Assembly: GCA_963744145.1 (NCBI GenBank)
Contig: CAVUSO010000001.1
Coordinates: 1,376,001 to 1,440,000, forward strand
DNA: 64,000 bases
Direction of reading: 5' to 3'
DNA from: an uncultured cyanobacterium
GTDB lineage: Bacteria; Cyanobacteriota; Cyanobacteriia; Cyanobacteriales; CAWUOF01
Shown piece by piece: positions 21,355 to 32,627 of this stretch; within the stretch, counting starts at the first letter, position 1; each line of letters begins with the position of its first letter. Made by a program: the position numbers and the translations under genes. Below the pieces are notes generated by a model that saw nothing but the letters and a program-made list of their open reading frames with translations, searched no databases and was not told the origin of the DNA.

Positions 21355-23796
21355 CTACTGAATTAAATCGATAATTTTGTCAAACTGAAAAGCATTAATC
21401 CAATCAGTTAAGACTGTAGCTAAATGATTGTTTGAGTCAGGAATTTGCTCAATTAACTTTAAGACCCAATCCGTATCTAATTGAGTCGCTGCCTGTTCTA
21501 ATTCAACTATCCAATCCGCAGACATCTCCCTTAAAGCATCGGTATTTAACTGTCCTGGTTGGTCAGATTCTTGGGGTAAGTAAACGGGGATTTCTGCCGC
21601 GTAGATATAACGCCCTATAGAGCTATGATCCAGATGAATCTGAACCGTAAATCTAAAAACTGTTCCTACTCCTACTTGACTCTTAACGGTAATATTCCCT
21701 CCCATTAATTGGACAAATTTTTGGCTAATTGCTAAACCTAAACCTGCACCTTTTTGAAAATTTAGTTCTGTTTCTGTTTGGAAAAAAGGTGTAAACAAAT
21801 TATTAATTTCATGGGGAGCGATCCCTGGACCTGTATCTTCAATTTCAAACAATAAATCTATTTGATTAACTTGTTGATAGCTCAATTCTGGTAAATGACT
21901 ACTATTGATAACTCGCAATATTACCCTACCTGCTTTGGTAAATTTGATGGCATTATCAAGAATATTTAGTAAGACTTGGCGCAACTTTTCTCGATCAGCG
22001 ATCGCATATTGCGGCAGATAATTTCCTTTTTGAAAAATTAGGTCTAGCTGTTTTAAAGATGCTCTAGGTCGTAATTCTTGTCCCAGTTCATCTAGGAAAT
22101 TATCCAAATCAAAATTATTTGATTCTAAGGTTAGCTGTCTTGATTCAATTTTAGATATTGTCAAAATATTATTGATGAGTTCTAGTAAATAGGTAGCATT
22201 ATGATAGATAATTTCTATGTTTTCTTGCTGGGTTGACCCGAGGACAGGATCGCGTTTCATAATTTGGCTAAAGCCCAGAATAGCATTAAGAGGAGTTCTC
22301 AATTCGTGGCTCATTTTACTGAGAAACTTGCTTTTGGCTTCGTTAGCTACTTCCGCAGCAATTTTGGCTTGATTGAGTGCATTAGTCCGTTCTTCTACTT
22401 TAATTTCTAGCAGTTCCGCTTGTTCTCGTAATTTGGTTTCTGATTCTTTGAGGGCAAATGTTCGGATTTCAACTCGTTCTTCAAGTTCAACATTAGTTGC
22501 TTCTAAGGTATTAAATAACACATTCAACTGAGCAGCCATGTCATTAAAAGATTGCGCTAAAATATCTAGTTCATCGATTATTTTTATTTCTACTTTTTGG
22601 TCTAATTTTCCCTGGGCTATTTCTTTACTTGCTTGACTCAGAAGGTGAATTGGCTGACTGATCCAACGAGAGGTAAAAATTACTAACCCAATCCCTAATC
22701 CTAAAGCAATCAAACATAATAGAATGGTAGTATGGGTGTTAGCGTTGATTTGTTCCATAAAGTCAGATTCGGGAACCGCTACAATAATTAGCCAATCAAT
22801 TCCTCGCTGATCTTGAAATGGCATTACCTGGATTAATTGTCGATCGCCAGCCAGCATAAATTCAATTTGCTGGATGTTCTTAATATTACTGAAGTTGCCA
22901 AATTTTTGATTTAAACTTTGTGCAGTTGAACTAATTAATGGATCGCGACTATCTAATGCCCGAATTCTTTGGAATTCTTTAGCATTGTTTTTATTGGGGG
23001 TAAATAACTCTTGTTGAGTCGAACTTGCTACTAGCATTCCCGATCGCTCCATAATAAAAATCTGCCCTGAACGACCAATTTTAATATGATTCAGGAATTT
23101 GCTAATATCTTCTAGTAAAAAATAAACTCCGCAAACTCCTAATAGATTTCCGCTTTTATTATAGACTGGAAAACTAGAACCAATCATGGGTTTATGTGAG
23201 TCAAATTCTAGAAAAATTTCGCTCCATGTCGGTTGCTTTTTTTGCACCGCTATCTGATACCAAGGTCGCCGACGAGCGTCATATTTTTGGGAATTTTTTT
23301 TCCCAACCCCAGTTTGATTTCCTTGCGGATCAATGTCATAATAATAGTTGAAGTAATTAGTAGATTTATTGTTGATAACAAGCTGGAGTAAATTATCTTT
23401 CATACTGCGTTTAAAACCCAAAAACTCTCCTCCTTGCTGTGAACCAAGAAAAATCCAACTGGCAAAATTAAATATTTTCATCTGTTGCCACAGTAATTTT
23501 TGAGTCTGTGGTGTTGGTTTATTCAAATTGAAGCTCAATTCCTCCCGTTCTAAAGCATCGACATTAATCTGATTAATTACCAAAGGTTTTTCTAGGTAAT
23601 TACTGAGATATTGGTTGACGCGATCGCTAATTTCACTTCGCAATTGAGTTGCTACATCATTAACTGCTTTTTGTCCGTTGCGTAAAGATAGCCATCCTGT
23701 GATTCCTACAACTGCCAATATTTGCAAGACAAAAGGGATAATAAGAACTAATTGCAACGGTATTTTTTCAAACTTTTGAGTAATTTTTGCGATCAT
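21355..23796 (-). CDS. Membrane sensor histidine kinase (TM - Cache-like - HAMP - HisKA - HATPase, short helical tail, no receiver)
   Basis: [47 protein letters not shown]. Confidence 0.9.
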   Translation of the reverse strand: MIAKITQKFEKIPLQLVLIIPFVLQILAVVGITGWLSLRNGQKAVNDVATQLRSEISDRVNQYLSNYLEKPLVINQINVDALEREELSFNLNKPTPQTQKLLWQQMKIFNFASWIFLGSQQGGEFLGFKRSMKDNLLQLVINNKSTNYFNYYYDIDPQGNQTGVGKKNSQKYDARRRPWYQIAVQKKQPTWSEIFLEFDSHKPMIGSSFPVYNKSGNLLGVCGVYFLLEDISKFLNHIKIGRSGQIFIMERSGMLVASSTQQELFTPNKNNAKEFQRIRALDSRDPLISSTAQSLNQKFGNFSNIKNIQQIEFMLAGDRQLIQVMPFQDQRGIDWLIIVAVPESDFMEQINANTHTTILLCLIALGLGIGLVIFTSRWISQPIHLLSQASKEIAQGKLDQKVEIKIIDELDILAQSFNDMAAQLNVLFNTLEATNVELEERVEIRTFALKESETKLREQAELLEIKVEERTNALNQAKIAAEVANEAKSKFLSKMSHELRTPLNAILGFSQIMKRDPVLGSTQQENIEIIYHNATYLLELINNILTISKIESRQLTLESNNFDLDNFLDELGQELRPRASLKQLDLIFQKGNYLPQYAIADREKLRQVLLNILDNAIKFTKAGRVILRVINSSHLPELSYQQVNQIDLLFEIEDTGPGIAPHEINNLFTPFFQTETELNFQKGAGLGLAISQKFVQLMGGNITVKSQVGVGTVFRFTVQIHLDHSSIGRYIYAAEIPVYLPQESDQPGQLNTDALREMSADWIVELEQAATQLDTDWVLKLIEQIPDSNNHLATVLTDWINAFQFDKIIDLIQ

Positions 23797-23798
23797 TA

Positions 23799-25160
23799 TT
23801 AACTTCTGAAAAATTTAATTGGTAGAACAATTTTTAGAACGGTTCCTAATCTATGTATACTTTCACAGGATATTTGTCCTCCATGAGTCTCGACAATAAT
23901 TTGGTAGCAAATTGTTAGACCTAATCCTTTACCAGCACCGACCTCTTTAGTAGTAAAAAAAGGATCGAAGGCACGTTTTCTGACTTCTTCGGTCATCCCA
24001 ATCCCATTATCAGAAATCGAGATAGCTACTTGCTGGGAATCAACAAGCTCCGTGTGAATAGTAATAGTGGGAACTGATCTTTGAGCAGCAGCAATCACTG
24101 ATTTTTGATGAGAAGATGAATCAATTTGCATTTTTGACTCTAAAGCGTCAATAGCATTATATAAAATATTTAAGAAAACTTGATTAACTTGACTAGCCCA
24201 ACATTGAACTAAAGGAAGTGAGCCATATTCCTTCACCACTTGAATGGGCGATCGCAATTGATTTCCATTCAGTCGATACTGTAAAATCATTAAAGTGCTA
24301 TCAATTCCAGCATGGAGATCGACCGGTTTACATTCTGATTCTCCCAGTCGCGAAAAAGTCCGTAAACTTAACACAATATCGCGAATCCGATTGGCTCCAG
24401 TATTCATAGAAGCTAACATTTTGGGCAAATCCAACTTAAAAAATTCAAAATCAATTTCTTCTTGGATTTTTTTGATATCTTGTGGAGGGTAAGGCAAAGC
24501 TTGTTGATAAAGTTCTAGCAAGAGAAGAAAGTTAGAAGCGTAATGTGTTAGCTGTTTCAGGTTTCCAGATAAAAAAGTAATTGGATTATTAATTTCATGG
24601 GCAATTCCAGCGACAACTTGACCTAAAGCAGACATTTTCTCGCTTTGAACGAGTTGAGCTTGGGTTTCCTGTAAATTTCGCAGAGCTAACTGTAAATCTG
24701 CCGATTTTTGCCGTTGGATTTCTTCAGATTGCTGCAACAAAGCATTTTGTTTTTTAAGTTGCTGTTGGAGCCGTCCAATGCTCAGATGATTTTCAATGCG
24801 AACTAAAACTTCTTCCAGTTGAATTGGTTTAGTTATATAGTCTACTCCCCCAAATTCAAAAGCCCTTACTTTGTCAGTCATTTCATCTAAAGCACTCAAA
24901 AAGATGATGGGAATATCACAATATTTCTCCGAATATTTTAGTTTTTTGCAAACTTCATAACCATTCATTTGGGGCATATTAATGTCGAGCAAAATTAAAT
25001 CGGGGGGAGCTGCTTCTATACCTTTCAAAGCCAAGATACCATTAATTGCACAGCGCACCTTATATCCCTGTTCTGTCAGCATAGAAGATAACACTCGCAG
25101 ATTATCTTGAGTGTCATCAACGATGAGAAGATTTCCTTTAGTTTCTAGTTCTGTATTCAT
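23799..25160 (-). CDS. Receiver - histidine kinase hybrid
   Basis: N-terminal receiver (IVDD, LLDINMP, TKP), then AHEINNP, DNGIGM, GLGL. Confidence 0.9.
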   Translation of the reverse strand: MNTELETKGNLLIVDDTQDNLRVLSSMLTEQGYKVRCAINGILALKGIEAAPPDLILLDINMPQMNGYEVCKKLKYSEKYCDIPIIFLSALDEMTDKVRAFEFGGVDYITKPIQLEEVLVRIENHLSIGRLQQQLKKQNALLQQSEEIQRQKSADLQLALRNLQETQAQLVQSEKMSALGQVVAGIAHEINNPITFLSGNLKQLTHYASNFLLLLELYQQALPYPPQDIKKIQEEIDFEFFKLDLPKMLASMNTGANRIRDIVLSLRTFSRLGESECKPVDLHAGIDSTLMILQYRLNGNQLRSPIQVVKEYGSLPLVQCWASQVNQVFLNILYNAIDALESKMQIDSSSHQKSVIAAAQRSVPTITIHTELVDSQQVAISISDNGIGMTEEVRKRAFDPFFTTKEVGAGKGLGLTICYQIIVETHGGQISCESIHRLGTVLKIVLPIKFFRS

Positions 25161-27765
25161 TAGACTTTCCCTGCCTCCATTTTTTAGTGCCTACAATTAT
25201 GATATCCTAAATGCTTCAATTAACTCAGTGATTTTATCAAAGCGATAATTATTAGCCCAATCCGTGAGATTATTAATCAGTCGAGCTTCCCGAGGAGGAA
25301 TTTTGTCAATTAGTTGCAAAATTAACTCCTGATCTAATTGAGTTGCTGCCTGCTCTAAATTAGCTACCCATTCGCTAGGCATTTTTACTAAATTTTTAGT
25401 ACCACTCTCTGAGGGAGATGTTAGGAGCAAATTTGACTCTTCTTCTTTTCCTGGTAAATCCCCAGTCGATGGCGCGATCGCTGCTGAGGAAGAAAGGTTT
25501 ATACTTGGTTCTTCTTCATAGTTCCAGGTCAGTTGTAAATGTTTAGCGATCGCATTAAATAAGTCTTGAGAGTTAACTGGTTTCATCAAAAAATCGTCTC
25601 CTCCAGCTTCAATACTAATCTTTTGGTCTATTGGTGCTACCGAAGCAGAGGAAACCAAGATTTTTAATTTTTGTAAATTCTGATCCTGGCGTAACTTTGT
25701 GATCATTTCTAAGCCATCCATGACGGGCATTACTAGATCTGTAATCACTAGATCGGGTAACTGTTCGCGGATTTTGTCTAAACCTTCCTGTCCATTTTCA
25801 GCTTCAATCATAACAAAACCTAGGGGCTTTAATAGATTCACAATTACAAAGCGATTTTCCCAGCGATCGTCAACGATTAAAATCCGGCGTTGCTCTCCCT
25901 GATAACTAATAATATTACCAGCCCCGCTGATTTGTTGCTGTACCCATTCATCATTTAAGATTAATTCTACTTCAAAGAAGAATTTACTTCCTATTTCCAG
26001 TTGACTTTCAACTTGAATTTGTCCTCCCATTAACTGCACGATTTGCTGACTAATTGCTAGTCCTAAACCCGTCCCTTCAGCTTGACGACTACGTTCTCCC
26101 ACTTGCTCAAAAGCTCGGAATAATTTTTTGAGATCTTCTGGAGCAATACCTACTCCCGTATCCGTGACAGAAAACCGCAGACTAACAGTACCTTGAATCG
26201 GATCTAAGTCTAGGGTTTCAACTTTCAATGTAACGCTACCTTTGTCAGTAAATTTGATGGCATTACTTAAGAGATTAATCAATATCTGTCGCAGACACTT
26301 TTCATCAGCAATTACGCCACCAGGTAGATGAGGATCAGGTTCATAGCGGAATGCGATGTTTTTCTGTTGAGCGCGAATTTGAGAAATTTCTACTACACCT
26401 TGCAGTAGGGAAGGTAAATGGATAGCATCGGGATTAAGTTCCAGTTTGCGGGCTTCGATTTTGGAGATGTCGAGAATATCGTTAATCAAAGTCAGTAGGT
26501 GAGTGCCACAGCGATGAATAATATTGACTCCCTGACTCGCTTTTTCTGGAAGTCCTTTCATCCGTCCCAGAATTTGAGCATAACCCAGAATCCCATTTAA
26601 GGGCGTTCGCAGTTCATGACTCATATTAGCAAGAAATTCACTTTTAGCTTGGTTAGCTGATTCAGCCTCAGCCTTAGCTCGTTGTAATTCTTGGGTGCGT
26701 TCTTCTACTTTTTGTTCTAAGTTACGGTAAAGGGTGGCATTTTCGATCGCGCTGGCTACTTGAGCGATCAGAAGTTTGAGGATTTCTTGGTGGTGTTCCG
26801 TGAAAGCAGCTACCGTTTGGTTATTGTCTAGATAGAGAATCCCGATCGTCGTATTTTGTTTGAGGATGGGTAAACATAAGATACTTTTTGGTTGTTGGCT
26901 CTGAACGTAGCGATCGGTACGCCAGCGTTTGATTTGGCTAATATCATCAAAAACTAAGGTTTCTGAGGTATTGCGAACGTAACGAATCAGGGAAATCGGT
27001 AGAGTAGAAATAGTTTCTAAGGATTGTTTGGTGAAAGACTGACTTTCTGGTTCTAATGTAGCTAGAGCTTCTACTTGCCACTCAGACCCAGTAGGCAAAA
27101 TCAACGCACATTTAGTTGCGCCAGCATTTTCCATTAAAATAGTCGCTAGTTTAGTCATCAATTGGTCGTGTTGGAGTTCGCTAGAGATCGCATAACAGGT
27201 TTTGAGAATACTAGTAATATCCAGAACTTTTGAGCTAGTGCTACTGCTGTGACTATTAGAGATATTCCCTGTCAGGGTATTTTCCAAAGCCGGAAATTCT
27301 AATAATTGGGAATAGCGCTGTTTGAGATCCTCAATTTTGGCTAATGCCCCCCAGCGAACATAACAGTAGTATGCTTCCTGTACATAGACCGCGGCAATTT
27401 TTGGTTTACCCCAATCTAGGTAGAACTTAGCAACTAATTCGTTAGCTAGGGCTTGTTCTTGGATATATCCATTTGCCTAAGCTCCGCGATCGCCCGCTCA
27501 TAGCGATCGATCGCTTCCGTGTTGTTACCTAAAACCCTACACTTTTCTGCTTCTACCAATTCAAACTTATGAGCATAGTTCATTGGTGCATAGTGCATCC
27601 AGATTCTAAATTTATCTTGATTAGCTACCACCTTTTCTAGAAAAGTAGTTTGCTCATCGGGAGTAATTTCTTTGCATTGAGTCAACCTAGTCAAAGAATC
27701 ATAAAAATAGAAAAGTGGAAATACACACATCCCCCTGGTATTATGCACATTCTGTTCGGCTAGGA

Positions 27766-28938
27766 TAAGTAGGTAGGCACAAAAAAAACAAACTATGTAA
27801 CAATAAATGAAGAAGAAAAAATCTACCAGGGTCACCAAAAGATGGGCGCTCGTTTAAGGGTATTTCTGAGTCATGAAGAAGACATCACCCTGTTCAACCT
27901 GAGAACAGCAGATGTCCCACAGAAAGTCAAAGACCGAGCCGAAGTGATCAGGTTAAGCGCACAGGGTTGGTACGTGGAAAAAATCGCCACTTATTTCCAT
28001 TGGACGGCACAGACCGTGAGAGAAGTGTTGCACAAATGGCAACAGCTTGGTCTAGAAGGGTTGTGGGAAAAAGCCGGCAGAGGCAGAAAGGCCAAATGGC
28101 AAGAAGAGGATCTAGTATTTTTAGAACAATGCCTCAGACAAGAACCACGCACTTATAATAGTGGGCAATTAGCGAGAAAATTAGCCCAAGAGCGCTCGAT
28201 TCAACTGAGTCCCGACCGACTAAGACGGGTGCTCAAAAAAAGGGGGTCAATTGGAAGCGGGCTAGGAAGAGTCACCAAGGAAAACAAGACCCAAGCAGTA
28301 GAGCCCAAAAACAAGCCGACTTAGATCTGCTGGAATTATCTGCGGCAACGGGAGAAATCGACCTCAAATATCTCGATGAATCAGGATTTTGTTTATGGGC
28401 TGAGCCCAGCTATACTTATTACTTTCGTGGTGAGCAAAAACGCTTAGAACAAACCAAGCGTCGGGGTCGAAGACTAAGTATCATCGGATTGTTTCAACCG
28501 TTAATTAGTTTTGATTACGGTTTGGTAATTGGAGGTGTAAGCCGCGAGTCTTACATCCACATGATGGAAATTGAAGCCCAAGCAGCCCAAGCCACGGGAC
28601 GGATGAGAGTAATCGTCCAAGATAATGGACCAATACATCGCTGTCTAGAGGTCCAACAACTCTGGCCCAAATGGGAGAGCATGGGTTTGTACATCTTCTT
28701 TTTACCCAAATATTGCTCGGAAATGAATCCGATTGAATTGGAATGGCAACATCTGAAAAAAGATGAACTATCCGGCCAATCCTTTGATGATGAATTAGAC
28801 CTGGCTTATGCCGTAATTGATGCTGTTCAAGCGCGAGGAGACCGAGGAAATTATCAGACCAAACGAGTTAAATTTAACTCTCCGCCCACTGGTTAACTTT
28901 TCGTTACATACTTATAAATTTTTCCACCCACTTACTTA
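27766..28938 (+). mobile_element. IS630-family insertion sequence (1173 bp including both TA copies)
   Basis: TA at both ends. Imperfect TIRs TAAGTAGGTAGGCAC...CTATGTAAC / GTTACATAC...CACCCACTTACTTA. Contains a DDE transposase. Confidence 0.92.
27842..28896 (+). CDS. IS630 transposase encoded as two ORFs joined by a probable programmed -1 frameshift
   Basis: ORF-A (27842-28324) is HTH-like. Slippery A7G5 run starts at 28235. The -1 frame gives KGVNWKR...YLDESGF...QDNGPIH...NPIELEW, with stop at 28894-28896. Confidence 0.88.
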
Positions 28939-31900
28939 CTATATTCAAGGGCTGATTGATAATCGCCAAATAGATAAAAAAGAATCAATTTATTCAGATA
29001 GATATTATAGAGCAATGTATAATTATTTTGTTTTACAAAAATCGGAATATCCGTTTCTTCATTACAGATTTCTCCCAGCAAACGACGGGGTTCTTCAGCT
29101 TTTCCAAGCAGATTCAATACAGATTGATAAAAAGACCCTTGCCAATGTAGTGCTTGTTGATGCTTGAGGTTTTTTTCCGTTGCAGCATAATATTTTGCCA
29201 TAGTTTGTTCTAGTTGCGGCAACTCTTTTCCGGCAAAAAATGAGTGATAGCAATACATGGTTGCATTATAGCCAGCAAATTCCAAATCTCCAACTTCTAA
29301 AGAACTTTGATAGCCTTCTAAAAAATTATTAAGTGTATCATCCAAATGAGAATCCCATGGTCTTATATGACCATTGACAACCTCTAATAACCTCCCTCTT
29401 ATTTCTTTAACTTCCAATTTCTTAAGTAAATCTATCGCAAGTTGACCAAATGCAAAACTCGACTCAAAATCATTAAAACCCAAACATACAAATCCACAAC
29501 AAGCATAAACAAAAGGCATAACTAAGCCATTACCATCGACAATTGCTAATTCTATCTGGTACAAAGATGTGAGAGAAAGAAGATTGATATTCGTGAAAAA
29601 TAGAGAAGATACAATTTTGGAAAAAATTAGGGAAATCGCCAAACTATTAGGGTTCTGGTTTTTTGGTAAATCTAGTAATTTATTAACCGTTAAACCTGCT
29701 TTTGCTAAATTAGACTTCATCTTTTCAAATGCCTGCTCTAGATCAATGTTAGAAGGATTTTCAGGAAGATTCACATTAAAATTTTTGAGAAAATCTAAAG
29801 CAGTCCGAATCGATTCTTCTAGTTTTTGCTGTGCAATCAGTGTTTGCAGCCAAACATCATAGATATTAACTTGATCTAGGGCAGTTTTAGTGTGTTGTAA
29901 ACCAATTTTTGTCACGGTTTCCGTTTGCTCGAAATCACCATTAAGATAGGTAGCTAATGCTAGGCTTTCATACAGAGATAGCGTTAATTCATACTGAGTT
30001 GTCCAAGAGTTAGCAGCAAGTAGTTTTATTCCTGTAGATAGATATTCAATTGCAGCAGCATAAGCATTGGACTGGATCGCTTTTTTTCCGGCGATCAGAT
30101 TGAGTTGAGCTATTTCTTCTTTTTCCTGGTCATCAACTAATAAGCCACTACCGATGTTGAGTTGATTAATAATCTCAAATATCTTACTTTCCTGCCATTC
30201 TGCCGAGGTATTTTTTAATAATAACTTCCCAATAGTTAGGTGAGTGATCTGTCTCTCATTCTCAGGAATTAGAAAGTAAGCTGCTTGCTGAACCCGATCG
30301 TGCAAGAATTTATAGTTAACTTTTACCTCTCCGGTCTGTTCATCATAATCTAATTCCTGGGATTGAAAGAACTTGTAGTTTTCATTGATCGGTAGAATTA
30401 ATCCATCTTGAAGTGCTTTCCACAGATAAGTGCTGGTATTGACGGGAGATTCTTCACAGATGATTGCCAAGGTATTCAAGTCAAACTGATTCCCAATACA
30501 AGCTGCTAGTTTTAAAGTCTTCTGAGTTTCTGGGAGCAGTTTCTCCAATTGCAATGCCATAAATTCTACGACATCATCAGTAACAGCTAAACTGCGTACC
30601 ATGGTCATATTACACTGCCAGTAACCCAGTTCGGGCTGAAACTTTAGACAATGATTTTCATGCAAAACCTTGAGAAACTGAGTAGTAAAAAAGGGATTTC
30701 CTTTGGTTTTCTGATATACTAATTCGGTTAAAGGTAGCGATATTTCATCCGTGCAAATGAGGGTATCTGCTACCAATTGATTGACATTAATTTTGGTCAA
30801 AGGGTCTAAGGTAATTGTAGTTACTTTCGCCCCAGTTTTGCTGATTTCTGAGACTGTCAACATCAAAGGATGGGCTGGGAAAACTTCATTATCCCGATAG
30901 GCACCTAACAGTAATAAATATCCCGAACAAGCTTCCATTATTAATAATTTTAATAAGCTCAAAGAAGCTAAATCAGCCCATTGTAAATCATCCACAAACA
31001 TGACTAAAGGATGCTCTGGAGTTGTAAAAATTTGGATAAACTTTTTAAATAAGAGATAGAATCGATTTTGGGCAGCATCACCCGATAATTCTGGGACAGC
31101 CGGTTGTGGTCCAATAATCCGCTCTAATTCAGGAATCACATCAATGATTACCTGTCCATTTTCCCCTAAAGCATTGAGAATTTTGGTTTTCCAGGTCTGG
31201 AGTTGAACATCACTCTCACTTAATAATTGTCCGATCAAATCCCGGAATGCTTGCACCAGGGCACTCAGGGGAATATTACGATTAAATTGGTCAAATTTCC
31301 CTTTAATAAAATACCCTTTTTGTCTGGTAATTGGTTTATGCACTTCGTTGACAACGGCAGTTTTACCAATCCCAGAAAAACCTGCTACTAATATTAATTC
31401 TGTATTACCATTACTTACGCGCTCAAAAGCATTGAGGAGAGCTTGTACTTCTTTTTCTCTACCGTAGAGTTTTTCCGGGATTGTGAATCGATCGCACAAA
31501 TCGCGATCGCCTAATCCAAAATTAACTATCTGCCCCGTACTTTCTAACTGTTGCCAACATCTGTCTAAGTCATATTTCAACCCCAAGGTACTTTGATATC
31601 GATCTTCAGCATTTTTTCCCATCAATTTGAGAATAATATTCGACACCACTAGGGGGATATTTTGATTTAGCTCGTGGGGCGGTATCGGATTTTTGGCAAT
31701 GTGAGAGTATACTACTTCTAACGGATCGTTGGCCAGAAAAGGTAGCTGTCCGGTCAATAGCTCGTATAGTGTTACCCCCAAACTATAAAAATCGGCGCGA
31801 TAATCAATCCCCCGATTCATTCTACCAGTTTGCTCTGGGGCTAAATAGGCTAAAGTTCCTTCTAAGATATTAGGACTTTGGAGTTCTTGGGTTTCCTTTG

Positions 31901-32627
31901 GTAATAATGAGGCGATACTGAAGTCAATTAATTTGATTTGTTGGGTTTCAGGATGAATTATTATATTAGCAGGTTTAATATCTTTATGGATGACTCGGTT
32001 AGCATGGAGATGGGATAAAATCTCTGCCATCGCTAGGGCGATTTCTAAGACTTGTTGTAAAGTTAAGGGCTGCTCTTGGGTATATTTTGTCAAAGAAATA
32101 TTACCCCCATCTTCCATGATGAGAGCATAGCCATTTTTGTACGGTTCTAGGCTCAAAGAACGAACAATACCAGGGACATTCAGATTTTTGGTAATAGTAT
32201 ACTGATTGCGAAATTGGATTAATTCGCTCAAACTGGGATATTCCTGTCGCAGTATTTTAATCACTACTGGACGTTTTGCGGTTTCTTGTATACCTCTATA
32301 TACTAGCGTCTTAGAGCCAGTATAGAGTTCTGCTTGGATGCTATAGCCGGGGATTTCAGGTAAGCTATTGGGAGTAATGCTAGCGTGGGCTGTCATTGGT
32401 TCGGATCAGGAAATGTGATTAACTGAACATTCTACTTAAATAATAGAGGATAATATTAGGTTCGTTGTCGTGCTGTCTTCGACCTGATGGTTCTGGGATA
32501 ATAGCGGCTTGCTGTAAACCTCTTATCCCCAGACTAGACTAATTGCGATTACATCAAATTTGATCTATTTTTTAACTTAAAGTCTCTACACCCTAACTCC
32601 ATATCTTCATTAGGATGGTAATTTTGT

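Larger units (their letters stand above)
25197..32396 (-). pseudogene. Second giant Ser/Thr kinase-AAA-GAF-HK-receiver gene, disrupted by IS630 and by a frameshift/nonsense lesion near 27480
   Basis: Fragments 28932-32396 (kinase + AAA), about 27485-27765 and 25197-27476 (GAF-HK-REC). Removing the IS and one TA restores ...SALEYSILAEQNV... in frame. Near 27480 a 1-nt loss and a TAG break the conserved RAIAGAK.GYIQE.ALANEL segment. Confidence 0.9.

Noticed and set aside
27768..27838. Hydrophobic N-terminus of the 130-aa ORF 27446-27838
   Set aside because: Read from the IS630 left end. Only the remainder is kinase sequence.
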